A stretch of DNA of 20,000 bases from an uncultured virus (IMG/VR IMGVR_UViG_2643221950_000001). Its lineage: Duplodnaviria; Heunggongvirae; Uroviricota; Caudoviricetes. The stretch spans positions 57,308-77,307 of IMG/VR virus record IMGVR_UViG_2643221950_000001; one strand, given 5' to 3'. Position 1 is the first letter of the stretch, and every line of letters begins with the position of its first letter. This document shows, piece by piece, positions 19,173 to 20,000 of this stretch. The position numbers were made by a program, and so were the translations under genes. The notes beneath the pieces are model-generated. The model was not told where the DNA came from. It saw only the letters and a list, made by a program, of their open reading frames with translations, and searched no databases.

Positions 19173-19573
19173 ATGCTTGTCTCCTTATTTGGTGGTGAGG
19201 ATCTCATATCATCACCCATCGTATTTAAGATGATTTCCATTCGAGGACGCATGCTATAAAACTGTGAAACTCTTAATTCTACAATCTGTAAAGAGGCGTC
19301 ATCGGCAATGGCATGAAGTGCTTCTTGTATATACTGCAAATTTGGTTGAAGAATGCAGATGTGTACTGGGCGTATCAAGCCTTTTTCAGCAGATGTACGC
19401 GTGTCTTGGCTGTTCGCTAGATCAATGGGCATATTGTAAAATAAGCGAATGTCGAGTGATAATGCGCCTTTTATTCTGCTTGAGCATTGCGCTTTTGCGG
19501 CTGCTTGAATTCTGTTTATCAATGTCTCTTTTTTGCATAAATGTTCTTTTTCAATGATAAAATGAAGGACCAT
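19169..19573 (-). CDS. RusA-fold (YqaN-like) protein, apparently catalytically degenerate
   Basis: ATG at 19573 after GGGAG; IKGALSLDIRLFYNMP and QIVELRVSQFYSMRPRMEIIL resemble the RusA scaffold; ATGA overlap with xtrA. Confidence 0.65.
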   Translation of the reverse strand: MVLHFIIEKEHLCKKETLINRIQAAAKAQCSSRIKGALSLDIRLFYNMPIDLANSQDTRTSAEKGLIRPVHICILQPNLQYIQEALHAIADDASLQIVELRVSQFYSMRPRMEIILNTMGDDMRSSPPNKETSI

Positions 19574-19574
19574 G

Positions 19575-19679
19575 CTACGATCTCCCGTCATCCTTCGCCC
19601 ACTGCCGAATGTCTTGTTCGTTTTGACCCGCATTGAGCAAACATTTCAGGAATGTCATGATTTGCTTCAATCGATTCAT
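19575..19679 (-). CDS. Small hypothetical phage protein (34 aa)
   Basis: MNRLKQIMTFLKCLLNAGQNEQDIRQWAKDDGRS*; ATGA overlap with the upstream ORF stop; ends 1 nt before the next ATG; SD GAAAGGA. Confidence 0.7.
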   Translation of the reverse strand: MNRLKQIMTFLKCLLNAGQNEQDIRQWAKDDGRS

Positions 19680-19891
19680 GTCGCATTCATCCTTTCCTTC
19701 TTATTGTCATCAACGTCTTTTTCTGCCATGAGGGTTATGTATGTGCGTTTTTCTTCTGCCGTGGGGAAAGCAAACATCGGCTCTTTTTGATGAAAAGTGA
19801 TCCAGCCGCCAGCTTGTACTAGGCAATGCTGTGCTTCTTTTCGGGCATCAAATGTCATCTGATGTCTCATCATCATCAAATCCTTTCTCAC
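19676..19891 (-). CDS. Small hypothetical phage protein
   Basis: ORF-track call; the real start is probably one of the ATGs at 19870-19876 after AAAGGA; tightly packed with its neighbours. Confidence 0.6.
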   Translation of the reverse strand: MRKDLMMMRHQMTFDARKEAQHCLVQAGGWITFHQKEPMFAFPTAEEKRTYITLMAEKDVDDNKKERMNAT

Positions 19892-20000
19892 GGTTCTCGT
19901 CCTCTAATCGATAACCATTTCGGGACATTTCATATGGCCAGTAACGTTTTGGATAGCCGAAATCATTCATTTGTGTCACCATCGGATGTTCGATATTCAT
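19848..20000 (-). CDS. Small hypothetical phage protein (50 aa; start at the window edge)
   Basis: MNIEHPMVTQMNDFGYPKRYWPYEMSRNGYRLEDENREKGFDDDETSDDI*; the IEHP...GYP N-terminus is typical of small early Bacillus prophage proteins; RBS lies outside the window. Confidence 0.6.
   Translation of the reverse strand: MNIEHPMVTQMNDFGYPKRYWPYEMSRNGYRLEDENREKGFDDDETSDDI

Larger units (their letters stand above)
1..20000 (-). mobile_element. PBSX-like defective prophage, middle/late region (extends beyond both window edges)
   Basis: Contiguous co-oriented xtrA-xpf-xtmAB-xkdE..xkdU gene order matching B. subtilis PBSX; contractile tail sheath, tube and baseplate genes present. Confidence 0.95.

Noticed and set aside
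120..19790. Numerous short plus-strand ORFs (for example 727-945, 3536-3859, 6912-7274, 11099-11521, 19264-19557)
   Set aside because: All lie antisense to well-supported phage genes and lack SD or family motifs
1..20000. CRISPR array, tRNA/rRNA, IS element, integrase, reverse transcriptase or diversity-generating retroelement
   Set aside because: No spaced direct repeats, structural RNA signatures or matching ORFs were seen; the only tandem repeats are coding repeats in xkdO

Overview
The whole window is the head-tail block of a PBSX-like defective prophage (phage-derived killer particle) from a Bacillus species, probably the B. pumilus group (inferred). Almost every gene is on the minus strand. 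In transcription order: three small early/middle ORFs, a RusA-fold gene, xtrA, the sigma-like late activator xpf, terminase xtmA/xtmB, portal xkdE, protease/scaffold xkdF, capsid xkdG, connector genes, sheath xkdK, tube xkdM, tail chaperone xkdN, tape measure xkdO, and baseplate genes xkdP-xkdU (xkdU truncated by the window edge). The ORF track misses several signals: (1) a BsrH/BsrE-like type I toxin-antitoxin cassette between xkdM and xkdN; (2) a -1 frameshift site at the end of xkdN; (3) a probable CTG start codon for the tape measure gene; (4) an overlapping antiterminator/terminator RNA structure in front of xpf; (5) an intact RusA-like gene that appears to lack its catalytic residues; (6) two unlisted small ORFs. 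Gene names come from recalled similarity and synteny with B. subtilis PBSX/skin; no database search was run.
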